Counted from the first letter of the stretch, positions 43,755 to 55,214 are shown. The stretch is DNA of 64,000 bases from an uncultured Rickettsiales bacterium (GCA_964654855.1 CAZZJS010000002.1:15285-79284); one strand, 5' to 3'. Notes: generated from the sequence alone by a model not told the origin. Translations and numbers: made by a program.

Positions 43755-44512
43755 GCGACACTCCTAATTGCTACACCCGCATCATGCATGGCTTGCTTTG
43801 CTTGAGCAATAGACACTTCACCGAAATGGAAAATTGAAGCCGCCAATACCGCCGAAGCATGACCTTCCGTTACACCTTCTATCAAGTGCGAAACTTCACC
43901 TACCCCACCAGACGCGATAATCGGCACCGAAACCGCATCCGCAATGGCACGCGTCATTGGAATATCAAAGCCGATTTTGGTGCCATCACGATCCATCGAA
44001 GTTACCAGTAGTTCACCCGCGCCGTATTCCACCATTTTCTTTGCCCACTGCACCGCATCAATGCCCGTCGCATTGCGACCGCCATGGGTAAAAATCTCAA
44101 AGCGATCACCCACCGTTTTCGCATCAATCGCGACCACGATACATTGGCTGCCAAATTTCTGAGACGCTTCGCGGACAAATTCAGGATTCTTCACCGCCGT
44201 CGTATTGATACTCACCTTATCGGCACCTGCCATCAGCAGCTTGCGAATATCTTCTAACGTGCGCACTCCACCGCCCACGGTAAAGGGCAAAAAGCAACTC
44301 GCCGCCACTTGTTCTACCATCTCATAGAGCGTGCCACGATTCTCCACGCTCGCACCGATATCGAGGAAGCAAAGCTCATCCGCCCCCTCCACATCATAGC
44401 GCTTAGCCTGCTCCACAGGATCCCCCGCATCGCGTAAACCAACAAAGTTAATTCCCTTCACCACACGACCGTCTTTCACGTCGAGGCAAGGAATAAGACG
44501 AGTTTTCAACAT
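43751..44512 (-). CDS. hisF: Imidazole glycerol phosphate synthase subunit HisF
   Basis: [32 protein letters not shown]. Confidence 0.97.
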   Translation of the reverse strand: MLKTRLIPCLDVKDGRVVKGINFVGLRDAGDPVEQAKRYDVEGADELCFLDIGASVENRGTLYEMVEQVAASCFLPFTVGGGVRTLEDIRKLLMAGADKVSINTTAVKNPEFVREASQKFGSQCIVVAIDAKTVGDRFEIFTHGGRNATGIDAVQWAKKMVEYGAGELLVTSMDRDGTKIGFDIPMTRAIADAVSVPIIASGGVGEVSHLIEGVTEGHASAVLAASIFHFGEVSIAQAKQAMHDAGVAIRSVA

Positions 44513-44517
44513 AGAGT

Positions 44518-45240
44518 TTAATCTTCTAAAGTTGCACGGGCTTTGGCCACATCCATGCCTTCATAAAGTGCGCGGCCAACAATGGCGCCAGCAATGCCTT
44601 GCTTCTTTTCAGCGCGGACTTTCTTTAGGTCATCTAGCGAGGATACTCCGCCGGAAACGATCACAGGAATATCAACCGCATCAGCAAGCTTTAAGGTCGC
44701 GCTAAGGTCTGGCCCCTGCATCATACCATCGCGCTCCACCGCCGTATGGATAATTGCAGCCACGCCGCAATCCGCGAAACGTTTGGCTAGCTCAATCGCA
44801 TTCACGCCGCTATCCGTCGCCCAGCCTTCAGTGGCCACATTCTCGCCTTTCGTATCAATCCCCACCGCAATACGGCCAGGGAATTCCTTACAGGCTTCTT
44901 CTACTAGCTTCGGATTCTTCACCGCTGCTGTCCCTAAAATCACGCGGTTAATACCGGTCATCAGCCAAGTGGAAATACAATCCATCGTACGGATACCGCC
45001 GCCTAATTGGATATTACTATCGACGCTTGCACGAATATTAGCAACGGTACGACGGTTAATCGGCTCGCCGGCAAAAGCGCCGTTCAAATCCACCAAATGC
45101 AGCCAATCACAGCCTGCATCTGCAAAGGCTCTAGCCGGAGTAGTTGGGTCTTCATCAAATACGGTCGAATCTTCCATCCGCCCCTGTTTGAGGCGCACGC
45201 ACTGGCCATCTTTTAAATCAATCGCAGGATAAAGATGCAT
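44518..45240 (-). CDS. hisA: ProFAR isomerase
   Basis: [35 protein letters not shown]. Confidence 0.97.
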   Translation of the reverse strand: MHLYPAIDLKDGQCVRLKQGRMEDSTVFDEDPTTPARAFADAGCDWLHLVDLNGAFAGEPINRRTVANIRASVDSNIQLGGGIRTMDCISTWLMTGINRVILGTAAVKNPKLVEEACKEFPGRIAVGIDTKGENVATEGWATDSGVNAIELAKRFADCGVAAIIHTAVERDGMMQGPDLSATLKLADAVDIPVIVSGGVSSLDDLKKVRAEKKQGIAGAIVGRALYEGMDVAKARATLED

Positions 45241-45759
45241 CTAACGCTCCAACGTTTTCGCATAGAAAGAACCCGCAACCATGCGGCCATTGATCATTTC
45301 GTAATAAGGCATCTCTCCCCATTTGGAGTAGCCATGAGATTCGTAAATTTCGATTGCGCGCTTTTGGCTTTCGCGTACTTCCAGCGTCAGAGCACGGAAG
45401 CCATGGCGTTTTGCTTCCGCTTCTGCATCGCGTAAAAGCTGTACGGCCATCCCATGACCACGCGCCCAAGGAGCTACAAAATGGTTCGTAATACGCGCAC
45501 GAAAGGCTTGTGATTGCTTACTCGCAGGAGGCTTCACTAACTGAATCGCACCAGCAATGGTGCCATCCAAACGGCCCACGAACAACTCACGCCCCGGCAC
45601 TACCAACACACCGCGCCAGTAAGATTCCAGCACTTCACGCGCGGGAGCCGTATTCCAATTAAAGCCAATTCCATCGCGAATGGCTTCTTCCGTCGCTTCG
45701 CAAAGCGAGGCTTTATCCGCACGTTTTAGTTCGGTCAGTTTCTCAGTTCTAAGAGGCAT
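45241..45759 (-). CDS. GNAT family N-acetyltransferase
   Basis: HFVAPWARGHGMA..LTLEVRESQKRAI..Y; start at MPLRTE. Confidence 0.85.
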   Translation of the reverse strand: MPLRTEKLTELKRADKASLCEATEEAIRDGIGFNWNTAPAREVLESYWRGVLVVPGRELFVGRLDGTIAGAIQLVKPPASKQSQAFRARITNHFVAPWARGHGMAVQLLRDAEAEAKRHGFRALTLEVRESQKRAIEIYESHGYSKWGEMPYYEMINGRMVAGSFYAKTLER

Positions 45760-46387
45760 GAGGCTGTTGTAGGAAGTTTTCCAAAATACGCAAGCCCGTC
45801 TTTTGGCTCTTTTCGGGATGGAACTGCGTCGCGAATAGATTATCGCGCGCAATGGCCGCCACAATATCGCCACCATAATCGATAGTTACTGCCACTATAT
45901 CCTCGGTAGGCACACAATGATAACTATGCACAAAATAAGCGTGATCGCCTTGCTCGATACCATCTAATAACGGATGTTCGGCGGAAAGCTTCAACTCATT
46001 CCATCCCATATGCGGAATTTTGAGCGATTTATCCTCTGGCTCCAACGCGAGGACTTCGCCCTTGAACCAACCAAGACCTTCATGTACGCCATACTCAACT
46101 CCTCGCTCAAAAAGCATTTGCATGCCTACGCAAATTCCTAAAAATGGCGTATCCCCCTGCAGCACCTTTGCTTCCAGCGCTTCGCGCATGCCAAGCAGAG
46201 CATTCAAACCGTTCATGCAATCGGCAAAAGCCCCTACACCAGGTAAAATTACATGAGTTGCTTTATCAAGCTGCGCCGCATCAGAACATAAAAATACCTC
46301 GGTATCTTCATCTACCACATGGCGAACCGCTTTCTCCACCGAATAGAGATTACCGGAGCCAACATCAATAATAGCAACGCGTTTCAT
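45749..46387 (-). CDS. hisH: Imidazole glycerol phosphate synthase subunit HisH
   Basis: LPGVGAF, GICVGMQ, PHMGWN, QFHPEKS. Confidence 0.97.
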   Translation of the reverse strand: MKRVAIIDVGSGNLYSVEKAVRHVVDEDTEVFLCSDAAQLDKATHVILPGVGAFADCMNGLNALLGMREALEAKVLQGDTPFLGICVGMQMLFERGVEYGVHEGLGWFKGEVLALEPEDKSLKIPHMGWNELKLSAEHPLLDGIEQGDHAYFVHSYHCVPTEDIVAVTIDYGGDIVAAIARDNLFATQFHPEKSQKTGLRILENFLQQPHAS

Positions 46388-46788
46388 TAATTCTGTGCGG
46401 AAAGCCAGTTGGAATAGAAACGACGTTTCGCCGCTAACTCTGACTCACCCGATACCACATCAGAAAGAATATACCCTTTGGCACGCAACTGTTTACCGCG
46501 CCAATGATTACCATCAAAACTGACTAAGATCCGCACTGCAAATTCAATAATAGCAGAGCTAATCAACCCAATACCAAGCTGCACCCCTGCGCCAACAAAA
46601 GTTCCCCAGATGGCTAACACCACCGCACCATGAACCCACAGCCCATGATAGAGGCACCAAAAACCATGAAACACAAATGCCCAGAGAGAGAAATGCTCAT
46701 CGACAAATTCTGCCGTTTCATGCGGCACATCATCATCGGGCTTGATATAAACCGCGTAAAGTTTCGTTGATTGGCCGAATAAAGACAT
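46387..46788 (-). CDS. DUF2628-type membrane protein
   Basis: FSLWAFVF..W..YHGLW; position between hisB and hisH as in many Alphaproteobacteria. Confidence 0.75.
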   Translation of the reverse strand: MSLFGQSTKLYAVYIKPDDDVPHETAEFVDEHFSLWAFVFHGFWCLYHGLWVHGAVVLAIWGTFVGAGVQLGIGLISSAIIEFAVRILVSFDGNHWRGKQLRAKGYILSDVVSGESELAAKRRFYSNWLSAQN

Positions 46789-47384
46789 TACCCCTCCAAC
46801 GTGCCCTTGGTAGAAGGTACGGAATCTAGCGCGCGAGGGTCTACCTCCACCGCTTCACGCAAAGCACGGGCGAGAGCTTTAAAACAGCTTTCAATAATAT
46901 GGTGGTTATTCGTGCCGTAGCGGTTTTCAACATGCAAGGTTGCACCCAGTGCAAAAGCAAAAGCTTGGAACCATTCTTTGAAAAGCTCCGTATCCATTTC
47001 GCCCACTTTATCGCGGTCAAATTCAACATTCCACACAAGGTAAGGGCGGCCTGAAATATCAATCGCACATTCAGTTTTCGTTTCATCCATCGGGATAATT
47101 CGCTGGCCGTAACGCTTAATACCACGACGCTCGCCAAGTGCTTTTTTCACCGCCGTACCAATAGCGATACCGCTATCTTCGGTCGTATGATGACCATCAA
47201 TATGCAAATCGCCATCCGCCTTCACGGTCATATCAATCAGGCTATGCTTAGAAAGCTGCTCAAGCATATGATCGAGAAAACCAATGCCGGTGCTAATATC
47301 ATATTTACCCGTCCCATCGAGGCTTACCTCAGCAGAGATTTGAGTTTCGGTCGTATTACGTTCGATTTTTGCGCTACGTGTCAT
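46788..47384 (-). CDS. hisB: Imidazoleglycerol-phosphate dehydratase
   Basis: [28 protein letters not shown]. Confidence 0.97.
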   Translation of the reverse strand: MTRSAKIERNTTETQISAEVSLDGTGKYDISTGIGFLDHMLEQLSKHSLIDMTVKADGDLHIDGHHTTEDSGIAIGTAVKKALGERRGIKRYGQRIIPMDETKTECAIDISGRPYLVWNVEFDRDKVGEMDTELFKEWFQAFAFALGATLHVENRYGTNNHHIIESCFKALARALREAVEVDPRALDSVPSTKGTLEG

Positions 47385-47416
47385 CCCACTCTTTTACGGC
47401 AAAATTCTTTAGGGTT

Positions 47417-48223
47417 CTAGCGTAAAAATGCTTTCACCTTTTCAACCTGCCATGGGCGATCAAATTCGACATGGCCATGCGCATCCACAATCTCCAACTT
47501 TTTAGGATCATTCGCAGCTTCATAGAGCGCCTTGCCGTGGTGTGACGGCACGATGCGATCCACTTCATTATGGAAGATAATTAGCGGTGCCTTCACTTGA
47601 TCAATCTTAGCAAGATTATCATAGCGGTCCTTCACCAAATATTTCACCGGCATATACCAATGGATTTCCTGCGCTCGTTTCCAGAGCGAGGTAAACGGTG
47701 CCTCCAAAATGACGGCTTGTGAATCTATTTCTGTCGCCATTTGCACAGCCACTCCTGTGCCAATCGACTCCCCATAAAGGATGATGTCTGATTCTGCCAA
47801 ACCCTGCTCTTTCAGATACTCAATCGCGGTACGAGCATCCGTATAGAAGCCTTCCTCACTTGGGATTTCGGTCGAGACACCATAACCACGCCACTCCAAT
47901 GCCAACACGCCATAACCCGCTGCATGAAACGCATTATAAACCGGCGATCGATAGGAAATATTTCCTGCATTGCCATGCATATGCAAAATAGTTGGCATAC
48001 CTTCGGCTGCTGGCATCTCCCACGCAACCAGCCGCGCATTATCTGCTGTGATAAGCGTCCGCACCTCCGCTTCCACGTTATAAGCCACTGGCGCTAGCAA
48101 TGTTTTATCGGGAAAATACATGAGTTTTCGCTGAAACACATACATAAGCGTCATGACCACGCAGTAAATGATAATCGCTTTTAAAATCATCTTTTTCAGC
48201 TTCTCTTTCATTGCACTATGCAT
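47417..48223 (-). CDS. Alpha/beta hydrolase (ABHD13/BEM46-like), membrane anchored
   Basis: HGNAGNI, WRGYG, YGESIGTGVA, LEAPFTS. Confidence 0.88.
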   Translation of the reverse strand: MHSAMKEKLKKMILKAIIIYCVVMTLMYVFQRKLMYFPDKTLLAPVAYNVEAEVRTLITADNARLVAWEMPAAEGMPTILHMHGNAGNISYRSPVYNAFHAAGYGVLALEWRGYGVSTEIPSEEGFYTDARTAIEYLKEQGLAESDIILYGESIGTGVAVQMATEIDSQAVILEAPFTSLWKRAQEIHWYMPVKYLVKDRYDNLAKIDQVKAPLIIFHNEVDRIVPSHHGKALYEAANDPKKLEIVDAHGHVEFDRPWQVEKVKAFLR

Positions 48224-48255
48224 GACAGTCCGCTAGCGTGATGGCAACTTAAATT

Positions 48256-48759
48256 ATGTTAATTATTACGTTCATTCTCATCACTCTGATGCTCGCCGTT
48301 TTCTGGTTTGATGCATCGCGCTTTATTATTCCCAATTGGTTAGTGCTTTGCGTGCTAGCACTTTACCCGTCCTACCTCTTCCTAAGCCCCATACCGGTTG
48401 ATTGGGTAGGTGCATTAGGTGTAGCTGTTATCGCCTTTGCTATCGGTCTCGCTTTATTTGCTGGGAATATTATGGGCGGCGGCGATGTGAAACTTCTCGC
48501 AGCATGCTGCCTATGGGTCGGCATGCCTCCTATTTTAGAATATGTTATTCATACGACGCTGATTGGTGGGATACTCTCCATCGCACTCCTCGTAGGACGC
48601 CCCGTCATGGGCTATCTCTGGCTAAAAACTATCAAGAGCGACACCATGCCACGCCTCTTTGAAAAAGGCGCTCCCATCCCCTACGGATTAGCCATTGCCG
48701 GAGGCATGCTAATTCTGATAGCACAGAATAAAATAACAGGATTAGGATTACCGCTATGA
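48256..48759 (+). CDS. cpaA: A24 prepilin peptidase (CpaA-like)
   Basis: D..RFIIPNW, MGGGDVKLLAA, IPYGLAIA. Confidence 0.85.
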   Translation: MLIITFILITLMLAVFWFDASRFIIPNWLVLCVLALYPSYLFLSPIPVDWVGALGVAVIAFAIGLALFAGNIMGGGDVKLLAACCLWVGMPPILEYVIHTTLIGGILSIALLVGRPVMGYLWLKTIKSDTMPRLFEKGAPIPYGLAIAGGMLILIAQNKITGLGLPL

Positions 48760-50180
48760 CGCTTCTAAACTCAACCAACCCGGCTACGGGTGAAGTAATC
48801 TGGGAAAAAGAATCAAACACTCCAGCAGATGTGGATGCGGCAGTTGCCGCAGCACGTGCCTCCTTCCCTGCTTGGGCGAAACGCCCTCTGGCTGAACGCG
48901 TTGAGATTCTGGAACGCTACCGCGACCTGCTCACTGAAAATAAAGCTGCTATGGCTGAAGCAATCGCAATGGAAACCGGAAAACCTTTATGGGATGCTAC
49001 AGGCGAAGCAGGTGCTATGATTGGTAAAGTCGCAATCTCACTCAAAGCCTATCACGAGCGCACCGGTGAAAATTCATTTGATATGGGCGCAGGTATGACC
49101 GGCCATCTCACCCACCGCCCGCATGGCGTAATGGCAGTGTTTGGACCTTATAATTTCCCTGGTCACCTGCCCAATGGGCACATCATTCCAGCGCTCATCG
49201 CGGGTAACACCATCGTGTTTAAGCCCAGCAATATGACACCTATGGTCGGCGAAAAAATGGTCGAGCTCATGCATGAAGCGGGCATTCCCAAAGATGTCGT
49301 AATTTATGTACAAGGCCAGCGCGATGTCGGAGAGGCTCTATCAAACCATAAAGGCATTGATGGTTTACTCTTCACCGGCTCCACCCATGTCGGCACCATC
49401 CTGAATAAACAACTAGCCGGCGAGCCAGAAAAAATCATCGCGCTGGAGATGGGTGGCAATAACCCGCTTATCATTTGGGATGCAGAATCGCCAGAAGCGG
49501 CAGCTTATCATACGATACTATCCGCCTTTATCTCCACCGGCCAGCGCTGTACTTGTGCCCGTCGTTTAATCCTGCCTAAAGGCGCTGAGGGCGATGCGGT
49601 ATTAGAAGCACTCATTCCCCTCGCACAGAATTTAAAAGTCGGCGCTTATAATGAATCCGAAGAGCCTTTCATGGGCCCTCTTATTCGTCAAAAAGAAGCC
49701 GAAGATATTATCGCGGCACAAGCGGAGTTAGAGAAAGTCGGCGGCAAGCCATTGCTAAAGTCTACTATGCCACGCGAAGGTCTCCCCTTCATCACGCCAG
49801 GTATTATGGATGTGACCAACATCAATAACCGCGAAGATATCGAATTCTTTGGCCCATTCCTACAAGTGATCCGCGTGGCTGATTTTGACGATGCCATTGC
49901 CGAAGCTAACAACACTAGTTACGGTCTCAGCAGCGCTATCTTCACAAAGGATAAAACTCTTTATGAGCGCGCCTTGCTAGAAGTTCGTGCTGGCCTCATC
50001 AACTGGAACCGTCAAACCACCGGAGCCTCTGGCGCGATGCCATTTGGCGGTATCGGCGTCAGCGGAAACCACCGCCCAGCGGCTTATTATGCCTCTGATT
50101 ATTGCGCTTATCCGGTTGCCTCCGTTGAGAGCGAAGTGCTTGATGTGCCGGAAACTCCAGCAGCAGGCATTAAGCTGTAA
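48756..50180 (+). CDS. astD: Succinylglutamate-semialdehyde dehydrogenase
   Basis: FGPYNFPGHLPNGH, LEMGGNNP, GQRCTCARR, GNHRPAAYYASDYCAYP. Confidence 0.95.
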   Translation: MTLLNSTNPATGEVIWEKESNTPADVDAAVAAARASFPAWAKRPLAERVEILERYRDLLTENKAAMAEAIAMETGKPLWDATGEAGAMIGKVAISLKAYHERTGENSFDMGAGMTGHLTHRPHGVMAVFGPYNFPGHLPNGHIIPALIAGNTIVFKPSNMTPMVGEKMVELMHEAGIPKDVVIYVQGQRDVGEALSNHKGIDGLLFTGSTHVGTILNKQLAGEPEKIIALEMGGNNPLIIWDAESPEAAAYHTILSAFISTGQRCTCARRLILPKGAEGDAVLEALIPLAQNLKVGAYNESEEPFMGPLIRQKEAEDIIAAQAELEKVGGKPLLKSTMPREGLPFITPGIMDVTNINNREDIEFFGPFLQVIRVADFDDAIAEANNTSYGLSSAIFTKDKTLYERALLEVRAGLINWNRQTTGASGAMPFGGIGVSGNHRPAAYYASDYCAYPVASVESEVLDVPETPAAGIKL

Positions 50181-51469
50181 TGAGCACCATTGAAGTCAAT
50201 TTTGATGGCCTTGTGGGGCCTACCCATAACTATGCGGGTTTAAGCTTTGGTAATCTGGCGAGTGAAACAAATTTGGGCGACACCTCACGCCCGAAAGCTG
50301 CTGCGCTACAGGGATTGGCAAAGATGAAATTCGTGAATGGCTTGGGTTTAACGCAAGGCTTACTTCCGCCGTTGAAACGCCCATTCCTCACGCTTCCACG
50401 CCAAATGGGATTCACCGGATCAGACGAAGAAGTGTTGCGTGATGTAATACAGACTATGCCGCAACTACTGCCGCAGATTTATTCCGCTAGTAATATGTGG
50501 GTCGCTAATGCGGCAACCGTTTCACCGAGCGCGGATTGTGCGAATGGAAAAGTAAACTTTACTGCGGCCAATCTCGTCACTCATATGCATCGTTCAATTG
50601 AAGCAGAAGAAACAAGTACAAACCTACGTTCAATCTTTGCCAATGAAAAGTATTTTAATCACCATGCTCCACTGCCACCTCACGGTAAACTGGGCGATGA
50701 AGGCGCAGCGAATATCATGCGTTTTACCACGCAACATGGTGAAGCAGGTTTAGAGGTTTTGGTATATGGCGAGAACACCAAACGCTATCCCGCTCGCCAA
50801 ACGCAGATAGCGTCTGAGACCGTATTACGTCGCCATGGCGCAACGAATGCGATGACCGTTCAGCAATCGTCTTTCGCCATTGATGAAGGTGTTTTTCATA
50901 ATGATGTGATCGCCGTCGCTAATGAAAATGTGCTACTCTATCACGAGCATGCGTTTGAAGAAGGCGAAGCCGCGGTTGATAAAATGGAAGCTGCTTTTGG
51001 CAGCCCCATCATTCGCCTAAAAGTAATGGATGTCGATGTATCGGTGAAAGACGCTGTAAAAACCTATCTGTTCAATTCGCAGCTTATTACGCTGCCCGAT
51101 GGCTCCATGGCTGTCATCGCACCGACGGAATCGGAAGAACATATGGCCGTCGCCGCCACGTTCCAACGTTTTGTTGAGGCCAATGACAACCCAGTGCAAG
51201 CCGTGCATTATTTGAACCTACGCGAGAGTATGAAAAATGGTGGTGGCCCTGCCTGCCTGCGCCTTCGCGTTGCACTTAACGAAGCAGAGCTTGCCGCCAT
51301 GCATCAAGATGTCATCTTCACTGATAGCCTGCATGAACGCCTCGGCAATTGGGTTGAAACGCATTATCGCGACAGCCTTTCACCAAATGAATTAGGCGAC
51401 ATCAACCTCATGCATGAATCCTTTAAAGCACATGAAGAGTTGAATAAATTACTGGAACTCCCTACATAA
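50180..51469 (+). CDS. astB: N-succinylarginine dihydrolase
   Basis: EVNFDGLVGPTHNYAGLSFGN, SASNMWVANAAT, FHNDVIAV, NGGGPACLRLRV. Confidence 0.97.
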   Translation: MSTIEVNFDGLVGPTHNYAGLSFGNLASETNLGDTSRPKAAALQGLAKMKFVNGLGLTQGLLPPLKRPFLTLPRQMGFTGSDEEVLRDVIQTMPQLLPQIYSASNMWVANAATVSPSADCANGKVNFTAANLVTHMHRSIEAEETSTNLRSIFANEKYFNHHAPLPPHGKLGDEGAANIMRFTTQHGEAGLEVLVYGENTKRYPARQTQIASETVLRRHGATNAMTVQQSSFAIDEGVFHNDVIAVANENVLLYHEHAFEEGEAAVDKMEAAFGSPIIRLKVMDVDVSVKDAVKTYLFNSQLITLPDGSMAVIAPTESEEHMAVAATFQRFVEANDNPVQAVHYLNLRESMKNGGGPACLRLRVALNEAELAAMHQDVIFTDSLHERLGNWVETHYRDSLSPNELGDINLMHESFKAHEELNKLLELPT

Positions 51470-51474
51470 ACATT

Positions 51475-52206
51475 ATGGAACTCGTATTACAAAGCGCCAT
51501 TAAGGCGATTGATGATTTTAAAGCCCCCGGCATGGTGAAGCTATTTTTCATCTGTTTAGGACTCACGGCACTAGCAGCTGCCTTCGTGATTATGGTAGGC
51601 GTTGGTGTAGTACAATCATGGCTTGGCCCATGGATTCCAAGCGGCGAGATGCTCGGGTTTGAATGGCTCGGCTGGATTGCTGACTTCTTATTTTGGGGAC
51701 TCTCAGTAGCGGCTTTTGTCGTACCCGCTTTCCTCGTATTCTGGTCATTGATGATCTTTATCGCTAGCTTCTTCGACGAGCATATTGCGGAGAAAATTGA
51801 AACTCACCGCTATCCTAAAATGGCTCTCGGCACGAACCAGCCTTTCTGGCAGGAATTCCGTCAGGATATTTTATTCGTTTTGAAAACGGTATTTTTGAAT
51901 CTTTTACTCATCGTGATTCCACCCTTCTGGCCTTTCTGGCCAATCCTGTTCCCTGCGCTGAATGCGTACCTTCTAGGCACCTACTTCTTCATGATGGCCG
52001 GTGGCCGTCATGTAGGAAAAAAGGAAGCAAAGAAACTCGCCAAACAACATCGCTGGAAAGTGATGGGTGCTGGCTTGCTGATTGTCATTGCTTCGGGAAT
52101 TCCGTTTTTGAACTTATTGGTACCCTTCTGGGGCGTGGCGATGATGGTGCATCTGTATCATCTCGTTGATAACCCACCCGTAGTAGAGCAACTGCCTGAA
52201 GCCTAA
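51475..52206 (+). CDS. EI24/CysZ-like membrane protein
   Basis: Multiple TMs; FF.EHIAEKIE..YP; IPFLNLLVPFWGVA. Confidence 0.75.
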   Translation: MELVLQSAIKAIDDFKAPGMVKLFFICLGLTALAAAFVIMVGVGVVQSWLGPWIPSGEMLGFEWLGWIADFLFWGLSVAAFVVPAFLVFWSLMIFIASFFDEHIAEKIETHRYPKMALGTNQPFWQEFRQDILFVLKTVFLNLLLIVIPPFWPFWPILFPALNAYLLGTYFFMMAGGRHVGKKEAKKLAKQHRWKVMGAGLLIVIASGIPFLNLLVPFWGVAMMVHLYHLVDNPPVVEQLPEA

Positions 52207-52763
52207 ATCTTCTTCGCGAAGATCATACGGCTGATACCATATTTGCGTTCATCTAGGATGAGCAAACCTTCGGGGATTTCAACAGGTTCTTTCCAACTTT
52301 GCTCTAGCACAATGGCAGTATTTTCATCAACCCACCCCCCTGCAAGAGCAGTCTCAAGCGAGGCCACCCCCATGCCTGTTTCATAAGGCGGGTCTAAAAA
52401 CAGAAGATCATACGGTTGATTAGCCGGCGGTAATTGCGTGGAATCGGTACGCAAGATTTTGCAATTATCCGTCTCATCAAATTGATCAAGATTAAACTCC
52501 ACCGCTTCCAATGAGGTACGATTTTTATCAACAAACGTAATATGCTCTGCCCCTCGCGAGAGAGCTTCCAGCCCCATCGCACCGGAGCCACAAAAAATAT
52601 CCGCAACACGCCCTTGCAGCACGCCACGTTCACCATATTCACCATGAGTGAGGATATTAAAGATTGCTTCACGCGTGCGCGCACCAGTTGGGCGCACTTC
52701 TTTCCCCGCGGGCGCCTCGATACGTCGGTTCTTATGTTTTCCTGAAATGATACGCATCGCCAT
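52203..52763 (-). CDS. rsmD: 16S rRNA (G966-N2)-methyltransferase
   Basis: MRIISG, RPT..REAIFN, DIFCGSGAMGLEALSRGA, FLDPPY. Confidence 0.93.
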   Translation of the reverse strand: MAMRIISGKHKNRRIEAPAGKEVRPTGARTREAIFNILTHGEYGERGVLQGRVADIFCGSGAMGLEALSRGAEHITFVDKNRTSLEAVEFNLDQFDETDNCKILRTDSTQLPPANQPYDLLFLDPPYETGMGVASLETALAGGWVDENTAIVLEQSWKEPVEIPEGLLILDERKYGISRMIFAKKI

Positions 52764-52802
52764 GCTTAAATCATAAAGCGGTAACGAGACGAGGCAACAA
52801 AC

Positions 52803-53492
52803 TTAACCTTTGTTGAGAGATAAAGTAGGTTTCTTCAATTTACCTGAGGCTAAATCACCCAATTCATACTTTCCGTATGCTACACGAATGAGCCGGCTTA
52901 CCGGATGGTCGAAATGCTCAAAAATACGACGAATCTCACGATTCTTCCCCTCCGTTAGCGTCACAACAAGCCAGCTATTACTGCCTTTTTTCTCTACCAC
53001 TGTTTTGAGAGGACGATATTTAGTGCCCGCAATTTTAACCCCCTTAGCCAAGCGCGCCAACGTATCCTTACTTGGGCAGCCACGCACACGCACACGATAT
53101 CTACGCTCTAACCCTGTCGAAGGAAGCTCCAACTCACGCTTCAATTCACCATTATTGGTCATAAGCAACAGACCTTCAGAGTTTAAATCTAAACGGCCTA
53201 CGGGATGGAGTTGCTGTGCATCTTTAGGAAGGTGATCATAAATCACCGCACGCCCCTGCGGATCGCTGCGAGTTGTCATTACGCCTTTGGGTTTATGGAA
53301 TAGCCATATCGCGGCTTTTTCGGGTTTGGGGATGGGTTTATCATCTACCTCAATGAGAGAACCTTCAGAAACATTAATGGCCGGGCTATCAATCACCTGG
53401 CCATCAATTTTTACTTTACCTTGTTCAATCCAACGCTCTGCTTCACGACGTGACGCTAATCCGCTGGCGGCGATCGCCTTGGCTATACGCAT
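52803..53492 (-). CDS. S4-domain pseudouridine synthase (RluB/RsuA family)
   Basis: SRREAERWI, HKPKG, VGRLDLNSEGLLL, EGKNREIRR. Confidence 0.9.
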   Translation of the reverse strand: MRIAKAIAASGLASRREAERWIEQGKVKIDGQVIDSPAINVSEGSLIEVDDKPIPKPEKAAIWLFHKPKGVMTTRSDPQGRAVIYDHLPKDAQQLHPVGRLDLNSEGLLLMTNNGELKRELELPSTGLERRYRVRVRGCPSKDTLARLAKGVKIAGTKYRPLKTVVEKKGSNSWLVVTLTEGKNREIRRIFEHFDHPVSRLIRVAYGKYELGDLASGKLKKPTLSLNKG

Positions 53493-53502
53493 AATACTCT
53501 TT

Positions 53503-54756
53503 CTATTGAAGGATACGAATACGCGCCGTTGTGCGTCCGATCAATGAAAATACTTGATCCAAGTCATTACCGGTTGTGGCTTGCAAACTTTGCGCAGGAT
53601 CGCTTGCGCAAAAATCCATTACGGCAAGATTTTGACCACTATTAGCGCCATTACCAAAACGGACCGTCCAAATAGAAGGATCGTTTGTTGGCGGAAACAA
53701 AACCTCCACTGATGAAGCGGGACTACGAATTTGGTGTTCAAACGGGCTACCATTTGGAAGAGTTCCCACTAGATTTCTCATTGCGTAACATTCCATACCC
53801 GCCATACCATGAGGCCCTGAGCCTAAATTATTTGGTGCAGTATTACCATCATACCCCGGAGGTTGTGGGTTCATATAAGTAGCACCTTGGTTTAACTGAC
53901 CATCCGTCATAAAGATAATAATGCTCTGACGATCCTGCGTATCAGGCGTAGCATTATCAATTAACCGTTCTTTGGCATCACGCAAGCCACATCCACCACA
54001 GGTCGTTCCACTCGGACTCAACATTGGGTTTAGTTGAGCAATGATACTAGCCTTGTCATCGTTCAAATCATGCGTATCTGCATACGTACCTCGATAGTTT
54101 GTCAAACTTACACGATAGTTGGAAATACCATTTGCACCAACAGCTTGATTCGCAAATACGATATCGAGGAAATTATTGATAGCAACACCCACTGCTTGCG
54201 CTCTTGTGTTACCTGAACCACTAGAGCTTGCCATTGAACCAGAGGAGTCAATAATGAAATAATAGTCTGCAGGCTCAAAGGCTGCAGCAGCCAATCCAAC
54301 TACACTACCTCCGGCTACATCCACAGTTGAATTCACATTCGTACCCGCACTAAAGAAAGCGGGAACATTAAATCCTCTTGGCAGAACTGATACCGTACCT
54401 GCCGCCGTATCAACCGTATGAGTTACATCAGAGCCATAATCATAGGTAATTCCCAATGTTCCAACAGGTAAATTCGCCATAAAATAAGCTCTGGCCTTAT
54501 CTTCATCGCCACCTTCAACCGCAGAAGCTACCGCTGCAGCATCTGCTGCCCCAGCAATCGCGCTTGAAGCCATGTAAGCACGCCCTAAATCCATCGAAAG
54601 AGCAATGGCTAGGATAAGCACATTAATCATCACCGCAAAGGTGATCATAATGGCTCCACGTTCGTCTTTTACAAAACCTTTGATGCTTTTCTCACTGATT
54701 TTCGACATAGCTACTATCCCTAATATTATATTCTTAATCTTATCATAGTTTAGCAC
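53503..54756 (-). CDS. TadG-like pseudopilin with vWA domain, paralogue 1
   Basis: DERGAIMITFA..TM..AADAAAVA; MIDAS IIDSSGSM; IIFMTDG. Confidence 0.8.
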   Translation of the reverse strand: MLNYDKIKNIILGIVAMSKISEKSIKGFVKDERGAIMITFAVMINVLILAIALSMDLGRAYMASSAIAGAADAAAVASAVEGGDEDKARAYFMANLPVGTLGITYDYGSDVTHTVDTAAGTVSVLPRGFNVPAFFSAGTNVNSTVDVAGGSVVGLAAAAFEPADYYFIIDSSGSMASSSGSGNTRAQAVGVAINNFLDIVFANQAVGANGISNYRVSLTNYRGTYADTHDLNDDKASIIAQLNPMLSPSGTTCGGCGLRDAKERLIDNATPDTQDRQSIIIFMTDGQLNQGATYMNPQPPGYDGNTAPNNLGSGPHGMAGMECYAMRNLVGTLPNGSPFEHQIRSPASSVEVLFPPTNDPSIWTVRFGNGANSGQNLAVMDFCASDPAQSLQATTGNDLDQVFSLIGRTTARIRILQ

Positions 54757-54806
54757 CTAACTATAACAGTTTCATGACAATATAAAATAATCACAACTTT
54801 TCTTAT

Positions 54807-55214
54807 TTAATGAGCATAATACCCTGGGAGAGCCATGTAATAGACTGTTTTATAATGATTAATTGGCATAATATGCTGCGTTCCGGTGTAATAATTAAGA
54901 CTTGTTGCAGTCTCTGGACCAAAAATTCCATCCGCTTTTAAGCCATAATCCCTCTGAAAACGCTGAATAGCTACACGCATTTCAGGGCGCATCTGCCCAT
55001 TTACAAGATAGGTCGGATAATAGCCAATAACCGCCAAACGCTCCTGTACATTCAGAATATTTCCCTCAAGATCGCTATTCGTTACTAAAGGATTCTCTTC
55101 CTCACCTTGATATTTCGCTATATCTTCGACGGTACCATCTGCCCCCGCAAAAGCATTACTCATCAAAAACATTGATGCCAGTACTATCCATACGGTTTTC
55201 TTTGTAGTTTTCAT
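54807..55214 (-). CDS. Secreted peptidoglycan-binding domain protein
   Basis: Signal peptide; VQERLAVIGYY..AIQRFQRDYGLKADGIFGPET. Confidence 0.85.
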   Translation of the reverse strand: MKTTKKTVWIVLASMFLMSNAFAGADGTVEDIAKYQGEEENPLVTNSDLEGNILNVQERLAVIGYYPTYLVNGQMRPEMRVAIQRFQRDYGLKADGIFGPETATSLNYYTGTQHIMPINHYKTVYYMALPGYYAH